DNA of 64,000 bases from the NCBI GenBank assembly GCA_937625935.1, contig OW569356.1:62001-126000 (forward strand). Direction: 5' to 3'. A program made the position numbers and the translations under genes. The stretch's first letter is position 1; each line of letters begins with the position of its first letter. The notes under the pieces were generated by a model. It saw only the letters and a list, made by a program, of their open reading frames with translations. It did not search any database and was not told the origin of the DNA. Source of the DNA: Tetramitus jugosus (lineage: Eukaryota > Protista > Heterolobosea). Shown one piece after another: positions 32,582 to 43,944 of this stretch.

Positions 32582-34129
32582 TTATCTCCACAAAAGAGCA
32601 AAAACCCCTCCTACGACAGCTGCTGTTATAGCTGGTAAAGAGAAGTTGTATGCGCTCTGTATCACAATTTCTTTCTTGGGTTCTTGTGAAGGTTTCTTGG
32701 CGATCGTCTTCTTTTCTGAGTGACCGAGAGCTCTGTCCCAGAATTGACTCTTGATCTGGGCTGATTGTGGTGTGGGTGTGAACTCTTGACCATCGAACCG
32801 GCCCATGGTTGGAAACAGAAGAGCAGACACAAGTGGAGAAGTCATAGGAGATGCTGATAACAGAGCATCTAGTGCACTCTTTGGAGTCCTGGCAGATGCA
32901 GTGGCAGACGCAGCAGAAGCAGGGGTTTCAGATTCTTCAGTGTCTGTTCTTGCATCGTCCGAATAACTCGATGAAAGTTGACTCATCATACGATAGTACT
33001 CATAATCAATTCGGTGCTTCTCCATTTCGTTACTCGTCTGCTGCTCCTCCAACTCCTCTTCACTGCTCTCTTCACGGTAAGCAGGAGAAAGAACAGCACC
33101 ACTATTCTCCTGATCCTCCTGTTCCAATTCGTTCTTGATCTGTTGCATTTGACTCTCCTCAAATATATGAACTGTCATCAACCGTTTAAAGGCAATCAAC
33201 ACCTGTTGATACGTTGGCTTGAGCACTCTAAACGGTATCGCTGTCACAGGCACTGAATCAGGCAATACACTCTTCAGTTGCTGAGAGTTATACACACCTG
33301 GGGCATGAATAAAAATATGCTCACACTGACTCAGCATTTCACTCCACTCTACAGTCAACAGCTCTGTTAATTCCTCCTGAAACAACACTTCATTATTTCG
33401 ACGCATTTGAGATCCCACAGTGGATGCTCCACCGCCACCAGACTTGTCAAAGTTCATTTGACGTTTACCTTGCTTTTTTCGAACCGTATACTTGTGAAAT
33501 GTCTTGTGCGCCAGTGCATCAGCAATCGTCACTTTGCTCATTTGCTTCAGCTCCTTTTCACTGCGAAACCGACAATCAAATATTCCACCTGCAAATCGAC
33601 CTCCATGACTAATTAACACTGCAATCGAACTATTCTTCTTCTCCTCTTCCAACAACAACAACGAACTCTCCTCACTTTTACATTCAACAGTTTCATCCAT
33701 TGTTTGCTTCCAGTTGTTATTGTTCTTGTTATTCGAATGATATCGTAGATTCAAGTGAGGCATACAGTCTGCAATAGTCAATCGACTGTTCTTATTGTTA
33801 TCTTCACCATCATTGTCGTCATCATTATCATTATTATCATTCGTTAGACTATTCGGTTGTTGTTTCTCAAGTACGAGTGAGCTCCCTGACCAAGTTGTCA
33901 CATAAATGTTATTTTCACCATTATCAACTTTAACATTCTCATCATCATTATAGTCTTTTGAATTCAAATTCAATTGAAAACATGTCAATCCTGGTTTTTG
34001 ATTAAAATTCTTGTAAATTCTGTGAATGGGATGATGCAACAAGTGCCTGGGGAATGATTGAGACAATATCACATATTTGCCTAGTTGTATACCAACGGAT
34101 GTTGTTGTTGTGGCAGCACTCGAATGCAT
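32582..34129 (-). CDS. Vms1/ANKZF1-family VLRF1 peptidyl-tRNA release factor with C-terminal hydrophobic tail
   Basis: GGRFAGGIF, HKTFHKYTVRKKQGKRQ, GSQMRRNNE and IFIHAPG. Confidence 0.8.
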   Translation of the reverse strand: MHSSAATTTTSVGIQLGKYVILSQSFPRHLLHHPIHRIYKNFNQKPGLTCFQLNLNSKDYNDDENVKVDNGENNIYVTTWSGSSLVLEKQQPNSLTNDNNDNDDDNDGEDNNKNSRLTIADCMPHLNLRYHSNNKNNNNWKQTMDETVECKSEESSLLLLEEEKKNSSIAVLISHGGRFAGGIFDCRFRSEKELKQMSKVTIADALAHKTFHKYTVRKKQGKRQMNFDKSGGGGASTVGSQMRRNNEVLFQEELTELLTVEWSEMLSQCEHIFIHAPGVYNSQQLKSVLPDSVPVTAIPFRVLKPTYQQVLIAFKRLMTVHIFEESQMQQIKNELEQEDQENSGAVLSPAYREESSEEELEEQQTSNEMEKHRIDYEYYRMMSQLSSSYSDDARTDTEESETPASAASATASARTPKSALDALLSASPMTSPLVSALLFPTMGRFDGQEFTPTPQSAQIKSQFWDRALGHSEKKTIAKKPSQEPKKEIVIQSAYNFSLPAITAAVVGGVFALLWR

Positions 34130-34283
34130 GATTGTTTTCTTCTTGTTGTTGTTTTGTTTTTTGTTTTTGTTGGTTTTTTGTTCGTGTGAAAATAGTTCCA
34201 CTTCTTAAGATTTTGTTGTTGTTGTTTCGATCGAGCAGAGAGGTGAAGTTCCATTCTGAAAGATACACCTGACACTTCTTTAT

Positions 34284-36560
34284 TTAGAGTCCTTTGTTTC
34301 TTATGAGTTCATCAACAACGTTAATGTCGGCAAGTGTGGTCAGATCACCGAGTTGATGTTTGTCATCAACACCTTCAGCAATCTTTCTCAAGATTCTTCT
34401 CATGATCTTACCAGATCTGGTCTTTGGCAAATGTGGTGCCCAGTGAATAACGTCAAGTGAAGCAATAGGGCCCACAATCTTTCTAACTTGAGCATTCAAC
34501 TTTGCCTTGAGTTCATTGTCCAATGGAATACCGTCCTTGATGGTCACATAGGCATAGATACCTTGACCCTTAATGTCATGTGGCACAGGCACGACTGCTG
34601 CTTCTGTACAGGATTGATGTGACACGAGGGCACTCTCAATTTCAGCAGTTCCCAATCTGTGACCAGAAACGTTCAATACATCATCGATACGTCCAGTCAA
34701 CCAGTAGAAGCCATCGGAATCTCTCTTGCAACCATCTCCGGTAATGTAGTAGCCATCAAAGGCAGAGAAGTAGGTTTGTTCGAATCTAGCATGATCTCTG
34801 TACACAGTACGTGCCATACCTGGCCATGGGTACTTGATGCCCAAGAAACCTTCAGCAACAACATCCTTTGTCTCTGGATCATCCTCTCTGTGTGCAGTCT
34901 TGTGCAACACAACAGGTTGAATACCAAAGAATGGAAGAGTGGCACTACCTGGTTTCTCTGGTGTACAGCCAGGTAATGGTGTAATCACGATACCACCAGT
35001 CTCGGTCTGCCAGTATGTATCGACAATTGATGTGTTGGAGTTACCAGCAACTCTGTGATACCACAACCAGGCTTCTGGATTGATGGGCTCACCGACACTA
35101 CCCATGACGCGCAATGACTTTCTGGAGTGCTTGGTTACATAGTCATCTCCAAACTTCATCAACGCTCTAATGGCAGTAGGGGCAGTGTAGAATTGAGACA
35201 CCTTGTACTCATCAATAATCTCCCACAATCTACCAGCATCTGGATAAGTTGGCACACCCTCGAACAGGACGCTTGTAGCACCATTCAACAATGGTCCATA
35301 CACAAGGTATGTGTGACCTGTGATCCAGCCACAATCAGCAGTGCAAAAGTACACATCTGACTCACGATAATCAAAAATATATTTAAATGTAGTGGCAGCG
35401 TACACCATGTAACCACCAGTGGTGTGAACCAATCCCTTTGGTTGACCAGTCGAACCAGAAGTGTACAGCATAAAGAGTGGATCTTCTGCACCGACCCATT
35501 CAATTTGCTCTTCCTGTTCCTTCTTCCATGCTTCTTCGTCGCCTGCAAAAGCTTCCTTTCCGTGTGTGCTCATGACATCATGGAACCATATGTCTCTCTT
35601 CTTGCACCATCCAGAAGTAGTAGATGGTTCCAAGAACCTCTGGAGGACAATCATGCGATCGACACCGCCATAGGAGCTTCCGTACTCCTTTTGCTTCAAA
35701 GCAACAATCTCACAGGCAACTTCAGCAGCTTCCTTCAATTGAATCAATTTGGTAGCAGGTCCACGAGCGACTGCATCGGCCGTAATCAAGAGCTTTGCCT
35801 CAGAATCAATCAAACGATTGGCCAAACTCTCAGAACTGAAGCCGGCAAAAACAACAGAGTGAATGGCACCAATTCTTGCACAGGCAAGCATTGTAATGAT
35901 AATTTCTGGTGTCATTGGCAGATAAATGGCAACTGTGTCACCCTTCTTCACACCAAAAGTAGTTCTCAATGCATGTGCCAACGTGGTCACCTTCTCATGC
36001 AACTCACCAAATGTGACACCGTGTCTTGGATTCTCCTCGTCCACTTCATTTGGCTCAAAATAGAATGCCACATCATCTCTCTTTTGAGGCAAATGACGAT
36101 CCACACAATTGTAACAAAGGTTCGTTACACCGTCTTTGAACCACTCAGCAAAGACTCTGCCCCTTGATTGATGAAAGTTGTAACGGAGGACCTGTTCTTG
36201 ACTAAAATCCTTTTTCCAATAGAATTGTTCACTTGCTACTTTGCTCCAGAATGCCTTGCAAGAGCTTTCGTCACGTGTTGACTCCAAATACATTTCTTTG
36301 TACTTGTCCATGGATGGGACATGAGACTTGGAAGAGACGGATTCTGGTGGTGTAAAGACAAGTGGTGCTGCTGGAGTAGAGTCCTCTGATGATGATGATG
36401 ATTGATCGTTCATAGTTTTTTGCTTTTTTGGTGTTGGTTCTTCAATGGTTGTTGGTGATGTAGTAGTATTATTGTTGTTATCGTCGTCTGTGTGAGTGTT
36501 GTTGTTGTTGGTTTGGTGGTGATCTTCTTCAACAGACATAATAGTTCTTTTGTTTGTCAT
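34284..36560 (-). CDS. acs: Acetyl-CoA synthetase (AMP-forming)
   Basis: LYTSGSTGQPKG, DTYWQTETGG, GRIDDVLNVSGHRLGTAEIESAL and LPKTRSGKIMRR. Confidence 0.95.
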   Translation of the reverse strand: MTNKRTIMSVEEDHHQTNNNNTHTDDDNNNNTTTSPTTIEEPTPKKQKTMNDQSSSSSEDSTPAAPLVFTPPESVSSKSHVPSMDKYKEMYLESTRDESSCKAFWSKVASEQFYWKKDFSQEQVLRYNFHQSRGRVFAEWFKDGVTNLCYNCVDRHLPQKRDDVAFYFEPNEVDEENPRHGVTFGELHEKVTTLAHALRTTFGVKKGDTVAIYLPMTPEIIITMLACARIGAIHSVVFAGFSSESLANRLIDSEAKLLITADAVARGPATKLIQLKEAAEVACEIVALKQKEYGSSYGGVDRMIVLQRFLEPSTTSGWCKKRDIWFHDVMSTHGKEAFAGDEEAWKKEQEEQIEWVGAEDPLFMLYTSGSTGQPKGLVHTTGGYMVYAATTFKYIFDYRESDVYFCTADCGWITGHTYLVYGPLLNGATSVLFEGVPTYPDAGRLWEIIDEYKVSQFYTAPTAIRALMKFGDDYVTKHSRKSLRVMGSVGEPINPEAWLWYHRVAGNSNTSIVDTYWQTETGGIVITPLPGCTPEKPGSATLPFFGIQPVVLHKTAHREDDPETKDVVAEGFLGIKYPWPGMARTVYRDHARFEQTYFSAFDGYYITGDGCKRDSDGFYWLTGRIDDVLNVSGHRLGTAEIESALVSHQSCTEAAVVPVPHDIKGQGIYAYVTIKDGIPLDNELKAKLNAQVRKIVGPIASLDVIHWAPHLPKTRSGKIMRRILRKIAEGVDDKHQLGDLTTLADINVVDELIRNKGL

Positions 36561-37958
36561 TTTATGATGATTTTGTGTGCGTGAGTGAGATAATAATATT
36601 TGTAAGTGATGATAGCAGTGATCCAACCCGAGTCAGTGTAAAAATCAAAAGCAAGTTGATGATGATCAAAAACAACGTGGTGTCGTTTCCAAAAAGATTT
36701 TTTCGTGCGCCGTAAAGTGCGCAAGGGTGCGAGAGACGACGAGGTATTTTTTTTTGCCGCGTGCGCACATGGATTCCGTGTGTGGCGAGATGGGAATCAT
36801 GTGAATAGGTACAAGAACAGTGTGAGAAGACGGCTTCAAAGCTTTGTTATTTTGAACAATTGGCGGCAAGAAAGCTTTTGGTTTGTAAACATACATTTTG
36901 TGCTGCAAAGTTGTTTTCTGGTTGGTTTTGAGAGAGAGAATGGATGATTTGAGGCAATTGAATCAATAATTGATGGTGAGATTCTCTTCTATTATGCTTG
37001 TTTTTGAAGACCGTTGCGTGGTGATTTTGTACCGTTGCTTTTGAGTATTCGCATCACAGCAGTGTTAAGCGAAAAAGGAGGCACCCAATCGGTCCTCAAT
37101 GTCGTAGACAGATCACACAAGGTCGAAAACAAAAATTTCCAAGGTGATCTTGTAATTTCACACACGGTCTCGACGTGGCGCTCAGTGATTCACGCACGAT
37201 GCCAACAAGGCCTGCGGTGGAATGTTTGAAGTTTGTCCCCAGTGGAGGCCTAATTAGAGAAAGACGCGAGATTTGTAATGGCTTTGACGGGACTGTTCGA
37301 ATCGAAACTACCAACAAAAGATGGGTCAAGTATTCTACAATTTTGCTATTGTTGAGAGTTAGTCAAAACGGTTTTTGATTTGTGAGATGAAGAAGTCGTT
37401 GATGTCCTCGTGTCAGGCATCTGGTCAATATCTTGCAGATTGTGGTTCAGGTTGTTGAGGACAAGGGATATCTGGAACACGATATCAGCACATGGTTTGG
37501 GTACATGTTAGACTGAGTAGTTACCAAAGCTCTTCTTCGTGGCGATCACTTTCTCTTGTTTTTGGATCAGAAGGATCTTCTTCCTTCCTATTGAGCAAGA
37601 AAGTCGGTGGGGGATGTCCTTCACATATATAACATGCAGGAACCACCAGGAATTGCGATGTCTGCAGAAAACCAAACCTTGTCAGAAAAGAAAGTTTCTT
37701 CAGTAGCACAAAACCGTTTTCTGAGGAGAGAAGCTACTTCTATGCCACAGCAGAAAGAGAAACAATGGCAGTCTGTAGAGGTCAACATTACACTATGCCC
37801 AAAATGAAGGATGTGAAAATAGCAATACGATACAACGGGATTGAACCAATCAAAACTCCTATCCATAAGGTCCGACGATTGTCCGCACTTCTTAAAAAGC
37901 AACAAACAAAATCAAAAAATTGCTTCAAACAACAAAACTCAAATTACATTTCAAAAAC

Positions 37959-39335
37959 ATGACAAGCACACTACCACTATCCAAGAGGTCAGAAGGCCTC
38001 AAAACAGATCCACCATTTGTGAGTGCATTCGGTGAAGTTTTCGCCGACTTTTACCACCCAGAGAACAACAAGGACGGTTTCATTAATCTCGCTGTCGCAG
38101 AGAATGTGCTCATGGCTCAAGAAATGTGTCACAAGATTCAAGAACTCCAAGCCAAGCATCCGATTGAACCCCGACACTTGAATTACACCGATTTCGCCGG
38201 CGATCCCCAATTCCGAAAATCTCTGGCTCACTTGTTTGAGAATTATATTTTTGCGAATAGTAAGGAAGCTGGTTGCTCTGATGGAGCAACACCAAAGACT
38301 GTGAATCCTGATCATTTAATTGTGGGAAACGGTGCTGGATCCATCTTGGAGCTACTTGGTTCAGTGATTTGTGATGAGAATGAGTACATTATGATTCCTG
38401 CTCCCATGTACCTTGCATTCCCCAATGATTTTGGCAAGCGATTCCACTCCAAGGTTCTGCCTGTTCATTTACCTTATAATGCTCAGAGCAATCGATTTGA
38501 ACTCACACTCCAAGTTGTTCAAGAGTGCTTTGCGCATGCAACAACCGTAGAGGGCAAGAATGTCAGAGCTTTTCTGCTCTGTACGCCAAACAACCCTACC
38601 GGGGACATTTGTTCGGAGAGTGTCATGCGTCAATTGATGGACTGGTGCGAAGAAACTAGCATTCATTTCATTAGCGATGAAGTGTATGCTCTGTCCATCT
38701 TTAACAACAAGAGAGATGGAGATGCCTTGGAAAGCAGTGATTTTGTGAGTGCTGGTCGATTGATGCTGGATGAAAAGTACGGTGAGAGAGGTTGTCAGTT
38801 CACTCATCTCGTCTACAGCTTCAGTAAGGACTTTACCTTGAATGGGTTTAGAGTTGGTGTGCTGTACTCGCACAATACAGGTATTTTACAGGCATTCAGA
38901 AGCTGTAGCTACTTTATTGGTGTTAGTTCCTATACGCAACAAGTGATGAGTCACATGCTCAAGGATGACGAGTTTATTCGGTATTTTACGAGAACTAATG
39001 TGCAGCGTATGGCTGAAGCGTATGAATCAGTGGTCGATGCACTCAACAAGAACAATGTAAAGTATATTGATGCCAGGGGAGGCATGTTCCTGTTTGTTTA
39101 CCTTGGCGATCACATACGAAAGTGGATGAAGAAGCCATCAGACTATCAGATTACCACGGCTGACGAAGGAGCATTCTGGCATCACATTTTCAGAAAGGCC
39201 AAAGTCAATATCAGTGCAGGAGAATTCTTCTTGTGCACCCAAGAGCCAGGTTGGTTCAGGATTTGCTTCACTGCTACTCCTGTACACATTTTACAACTCG
39301 GTTTTGACAGGATCTTCCAATCCATTGAACAATGA
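37959..39335 (+). CDS. PLP-dependent class I/II aminotransferase, ACC-synthase-like
   Basis: INLAVAEN, TPNNPTG, ISDEVYA, YSFSKDF...GFRVG and EPGWFRICF. Confidence 0.88.
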   Translation: MTSTLPLSKRSEGLKTDPPFVSAFGEVFADFYHPENNKDGFINLAVAENVLMAQEMCHKIQELQAKHPIEPRHLNYTDFAGDPQFRKSLAHLFENYIFANSKEAGCSDGATPKTVNPDHLIVGNGAGSILELLGSVICDENEYIMIPAPMYLAFPNDFGKRFHSKVLPVHLPYNAQSNRFELTLQVVQECFAHATTVEGKNVRAFLLCTPNNPTGDICSESVMRQLMDWCEETSIHFISDEVYALSIFNNKRDGDALESSDFVSAGRLMLDEKYGERGCQFTHLVYSFSKDFTLNGFRVGVLYSHNTGILQAFRSCSYFIGVSSYTQQVMSHMLKDDEFIRYFTRTNVQRMAEAYESVVDALNKNNVKYIDARGGMFLFVYLGDHIRKWMKKPSDYQITTADEGAFWHHIFRKAKVNISAGEFFLCTQEPGWFRICFTATPVHILQLGFDRIFQSIEQ

Positions 39336-39646
39336 ATGAATTGAATTTGCTTTTCACCAAAATTAATCCTATTTTCCCGAAATGGAAAAAGAAATACCAG
39401 AACCATTTTTCGTACCAAGTACCGCCACAAATTTTACAAGTACCATGGTATTACCAATACTGCAAACTGTCACTTGACATGAAAAGTCGTGACCCATCGA
39501 GCATTTTAAAAAGGATCACAACAAACCAAACAACTAACAACTCACAACAAATAACTTAAAGCCAAGACAAGGACCACCTCTGCCTCCAAGAGATCAAGAG
39601 ATCGCTACTACGAGTATCCCGCCTGACATCTGCCCTTTCCAAGAAA

Positions 39647-39868
39647 ATGAACACAACACAACCTGCCTCTTACCAAGATTACCATCAACAGTTGCCATTC
39701 CCTGCATACGCAATCGACTTAAACAATCAACTGTATATTGTTGTTAGACACTTGAATGGTACGGAAGAATGGTTCCCCTTTATCATGACGGATCAGGCAG
39801 CCACGTTTGGACAAAACCAAGCAACCAACAACAACTATACAAACTTTCAAGATCCTAACGCATTTTGA
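39647..39868 (+). CDS. Putative small protein (73 aa)
   Basis: ATG-initiated ORF preceded by the A/C-rich leader typical of genes in this window; no recognisable family. Confidence 0.35.
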   Translation: MNTTQPASYQDYHQQLPFPAYAIDLNNQLYIVVRHLNGTEEWFPFIMTDQAATFGQNQATNNNYTNFQDPNAF

Positions 39869-40053
39869 ATACCCATGTGTGTTAACATGGATGCATTTTT
39901 TTGATAAAAATTTGTTATCAACAGCAAAAACATGAATTCTTCTTCTCTTGCACTGTAAACGGAGAAAATACGGAGAAAACGCCCCTCCATAAAAAGCTGG
40001 AACAAAACAAAAAACAACAACATTGCTGATTGAAACTGTGTCAACACATAACA

Positions 40054-42343
40054 ATGACAGAAGAAGAAGAAGAAGATTGCAACATGACAAACAACGATGA
40101 TGAATCATCTGCTTCTACTACCGTTGATTTCACCATTATTCCACAAGAAATTCAATTCATCATCTTTAGCTATCTACCTGCATTGCCATAGTATGTCGAA
40201 CTATTTGTTTTTGTTTGTTTGTATGTTTTGTGTATGTTTTGTGTGTGCTCATCCCTATTTCCCAAGTTACTTTACTCTGAGAACATTAAACACGTTCTTT
40301 GCTGATCGATTCTCCTCCAATCGTCGTGGCGAAGAAGATGAAGAAGGGCTATTCTCTGAGATTAATTGCCTTAATCTCTCTTCATACAATCCACAAGGTC
40401 CATGGTACAGGAGCTCTGGTACCAACGCATTGATTCGAAGCGAGTTGATAGACAAGTGCAACAAACAGAATATTCGTACGCTTGTGCTGTCCGGTGCTTC
40501 CCAGATCGATGTTGACACAGTTTTGGAACGTTATCCAAATTTGAAGGAGTTGACATATCCAGGAGTTGTTGGAGACAGTCGATGGCGTCATCGTATTCCT
40601 CATTCGGATCATGAGTTGGTGTCAGAGTTGACCAAGGGGCCTCGATCCAATCGTGATGGTGGACAACTGGAGACTCTTAACCTGTTTTTGACGATACCGA
40701 TTGGTGAGGAGAGACTTCGAGTAAACTATTATAACGACAGACGCTATGTAGAGCTTGATTCAAGTGATGGTGAAAGCAGTGATAGTTCGAGTGATGAAAC
40801 AGAAGATGATGAAGAGGACAAACAGAGCAAAAGAAGGTTGATCAGAGAACAAAGAGTTGAGAGAGGAAAAATAATGCACACATTGACAGATGCTCTACAA
40901 TATTTCCCCAAACTGAAACGGTTGAACGTGTACAATTCGAATCTGAGGGATGAGGATGTAGCACAATGTTTGAAGGACATTCAACTTTTGATGAGAACAA
41001 AGAATGAGATCATAGAGAAATTATTATCACGCAATTTTCAGGAGGCACGAGATATGATTACTGATATTCCTGCTTACAATCGATTGTGCAGTCATCCATC
41101 AACGCTGAGCGAGGATTTTGAGTTGAACATTTACCCTTGTTTGTATCAAAAAAATAAGGCACTGGCATTCGATGACTTGATCCGATGTGGATTGTCGCCA
41201 CGAAACTGTGCGCAAGATGGACAAAGAAGCTACTTGTACATGGTGTTGCACTTTGGTCATTGGAATGTCAGAAAGAGATATCTGGAGGAGCTCTACAACA
41301 AGTATCCCAACGAGTTCTTCTATTGGTTCCAAGAGAAGGACTGGGAACTACTTTTAACGGAAACCTGTAGAAGTGATGAGTTTATCAAGTTTTTCCTTCC
41401 AAAGTTTACGAAAAGTGAGTTTCTGCGTGTCCTGTCTCCAAAATTTTTGACAAATTTTGGAGACGGGATCCATTCGGTGATTGAGAAGATGCCAAGTTTC
41501 GGATTTGATTTCAAATGTATTCCCAATTTGCTTACAATGGCGGAAAGGGCTCCACTATTGTATCAACTATTTTGCGATCATGGTTGCTCAATGAAAGCAC
41601 AAGAAGCTACTCTCACTGATTATCTTAAGCCTTCAGTTGGACCTTGGGTACTTTTCAAGATTTTGCAGGGAGCAGGTGATCTTTCGAATGACGAGGAGTT
41701 GATGGATCGAGTATTCGATCTATTAGTCGCGGGTGACGAACAACTCTCTCTCCTGGTTTTAGACAAAATTGGATCCGAGAATGTTCGATCTTATTCCAAT
41801 GACGATGGCGATACCTATCTGCATGTGGCACTGAAGAGGGACCGATTAGAACTTGCAAGAGCCATTATCAGCCGTTATGGTGTGAATGTCAATCAAGTGA
41901 ATCGAAAGGAAGAGACAATTCTTCACATTGCCTGCCATTCAATCAGGTGCTTACCGAATATGATTCAATCATTGCTTGATTTGCCTGGGATCAAAACATA
42001 TCTCAAAAATAGAGACGGTTCATATGCGTATGATATCATGCTCAAAACTCTGAGCACTCATGGATACCCAAGTTCTGTGTATTCCAACATTTTGCAGAGA
42101 TTGTATCCGGAGGAGGCTGTTCAAGTGGAACAAATGATTGCCAAGGTAAACAAAGAGCGTAACAGTAGCGACGATCCAGATTTCACAGGACCCAGAAAGA
42201 GGAAACCTAAGGTGTCCAGTAGCTACAAGAGAAAGAGAACAGAAGATTCGAGCGAACAGGAGAATGACAGTGGAGAGGAACAAGAGAACAACAACTGTAT
42301 GTCTCTCAGGTCAAATAGAAGAAAGTTCAGCGAGTACCATTAA
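40054..42343 (+). CDS. F-box plus ankyrin-repeat protein; exons 40054-40190 and 40267-42343
   Basis: Exon 1 encodes the F-box start DFTIIPQEIQFIIFSYLP. Intron 40191-40266 (GTATGT...AAG, phase 2) joins it in frame. Ankyrin motifs GDTYLHVAL and ETILHIAC. Confidence 0.8.
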
Positions 42344-42631
42344 CATTGACTAAACAACATCGATGAATTCCCAAAAACCATAATAAAAAATCTCGCATTC
42401 AATTTTGCAGCCTTTTTTCTTGGGAATGAGGTCATGAGCAGTAAGTAACTACTACAGCAATTTTCCTCATTCAATGTTTCGAAAGTCCCGCAAGGGGTGG
42501 TTACTGTTTTGTGGCGGTTGTTTGTTATTGTCTTTCGTTTGCATTACCTGCTAGCCTCATTGCATCTGCTTCTCCTTGGTTGAACATACATCTCAAAGAA
42601 ACTCGTACATTCGCGAACCAAAAATGTGGAA

Positions 42632-43944
42632 TTTTTTTTTTTTGTTCCATACAACCAAGTGTGCGCAGTGCGCAAGCACACGATTGCTCATTTATTGACT
42701 TGTTTTGTGAGTGACGACCCGTAGGGCGTCATTCACTCTTCTTCTCTTGTTGTCCCCGACGGTGCACCTACAGGTTGGAAGAATCACTCAGGTGAGTGTT
42801 TTGATTGATGCCCTTCATCAAAGAGCGTAACCTTGTAGTAGGACCGTCGATGGACACAGAGCCATCTGTTGTTTTTTTCTTGTCTTGGGCCTTGTTGCTC
42901 CTCAGATCACCCAGTGTGATCCTCGCACTCCTTTTCTTGTTGTCATTGAGTTGTGGACTCTGAATCTCCTTTTCGGAGTCATCATCCACATCCACAATGA
43001 CTGTTTCGTCCTCAGTCAAACCATACCTTTTGCGTGCACTGGCTAGTGCCAATGCAGCAATTTCCTTCTTCACTCTGGCAAACACTGGAGAAGTGGCATT
43101 CACTTGCTCCAGGATTTGCCGATTTTCAGCGCTGAGCTGTACAACAGGCACTGTCGGCAGTGGTGTTGTACTCCTTTGTTCTTCTGCCTCCATTAGATCA
43201 GAAGCAGTTCTTTGTGCAACTTCCAGCTCCGGTATTGGGACCGGTTTGTTGCTCTCTTGACCCTTTGTCTTTGTCAATTCCTTGGTGAGTTCTGTGACCT
43301 GTCGACGCAGTGCGTCAACCACCGTCAGCAGCTCCTCGTACATCTTCGTCAACCTCTTGTTGACAGCCTTGAGAGGATCATGTGGTCTCTCGACGTATCG
43401 AGTGACCATGGCCTTTACCTTGTTCTCCCCGCTGAGCACTGCTTGTGCATAGGTTTCATCACCCATGACCACGAAAGCAGTGTCACGCTTCTTGAGCACA
43501 CTGGCAACCTTCTCAGGTCCCAGTAGCTTCTTGATGTCGTCCACTGACATGTTCTTCATGCCATGGACGACCACCTTTCTTGTGCAATCAACACTGCGCT
43601 TGGGTGCAGCAGTGCTGTTGCCAATCCTCCTCTCTTTGTTGAACGACTCAACAAAGTCATAGATGCGGTCACCCTTGACCGTCACCCATGCAACAAAGCG
43701 TTGCTGGCCTTTCCTTTTGATGACTTGGACTCGGTTGAGCCAGTCACCAAACTCCTCTCCAATCTTTCTTGCCAAAGATGACTGAGAGACGCCATTACCG
43801 TTGCCAGTAATGACGACCTCTCTGTCACTTGGCCTAGAGCCTTTCCGTGCAGTGGTCCACACTGCATAACGGCTGTTGCCGTATTCCTTCACCAAATTTG
43901 TTGAATCACCAGACATGTGATTCCGTTTTTTTCTGCGTTTTTTT
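42632..43944 (-). mobile_element. Poly(A)-tailed ORF1-only non-LTR retroelement, copy 1 (intact), upstream of the 5S rRNA gene
   Basis: T12 at 42632-42643 (poly(A) on the minus strand); 15-bp TSD ACCAAAAATGTGGAA at 42617-42631 and 43945-43959; near-identical second copy at 53418-54491. Confidence 0.9.
42768..43916 (-). CDS. Retroelement ORF1-like protein (382 aa): two RRM-like domains, coiled coil, basic tail
   Basis: ATG at 43916. REVVITG...FVAWVTV and RKVVVHGM...TAFVVM are RRM-like; LTKMYEELLTVVDALRRQVTELTKEL is a coiled coil. No RT or endonuclease. Confidence 0.75.
   Translation of the reverse strand: MSGDSTNLVKEYGNSRYAVWTTARKGSRPSDREVVITGNGNGVSQSSLARKIGEEFGDWLNRVQVIKRKGQQRFVAWVTVKGDRIYDFVESFNKERRIGNSTAAPKRSVDCTRKVVVHGMKNMSVDDIKKLLGPEKVASVLKKRDTAFVVMGDETYAQAVLSGENKVKAMVTRYVERPHDPLKAVNKRLTKMYEELLTVVDALRRQVTELTKELTKTKGQESNKPVPIPELEVAQRTASDLMEAEEQRSTTPLPTVPVVQLSAENRQILEQVNATSPVFARVKKEIAALALASARKRYGLTEDETVIVDVDDDSEKEIQSPQLNDNKKRSARITLGDLRSNKAQDKKKTTDGSVSIDGPTTRLRSLMKGINQNTHLSDSSNL

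Noticed and set aside
37387-37632. Plus-strand frame with ...DCGSGC-TGA-GQG, a possible selenoprotein
   Set aside because: The rest of the frame is not protein-like, matches no selenoprotein family I recognise, and I could not identify a SECIS.
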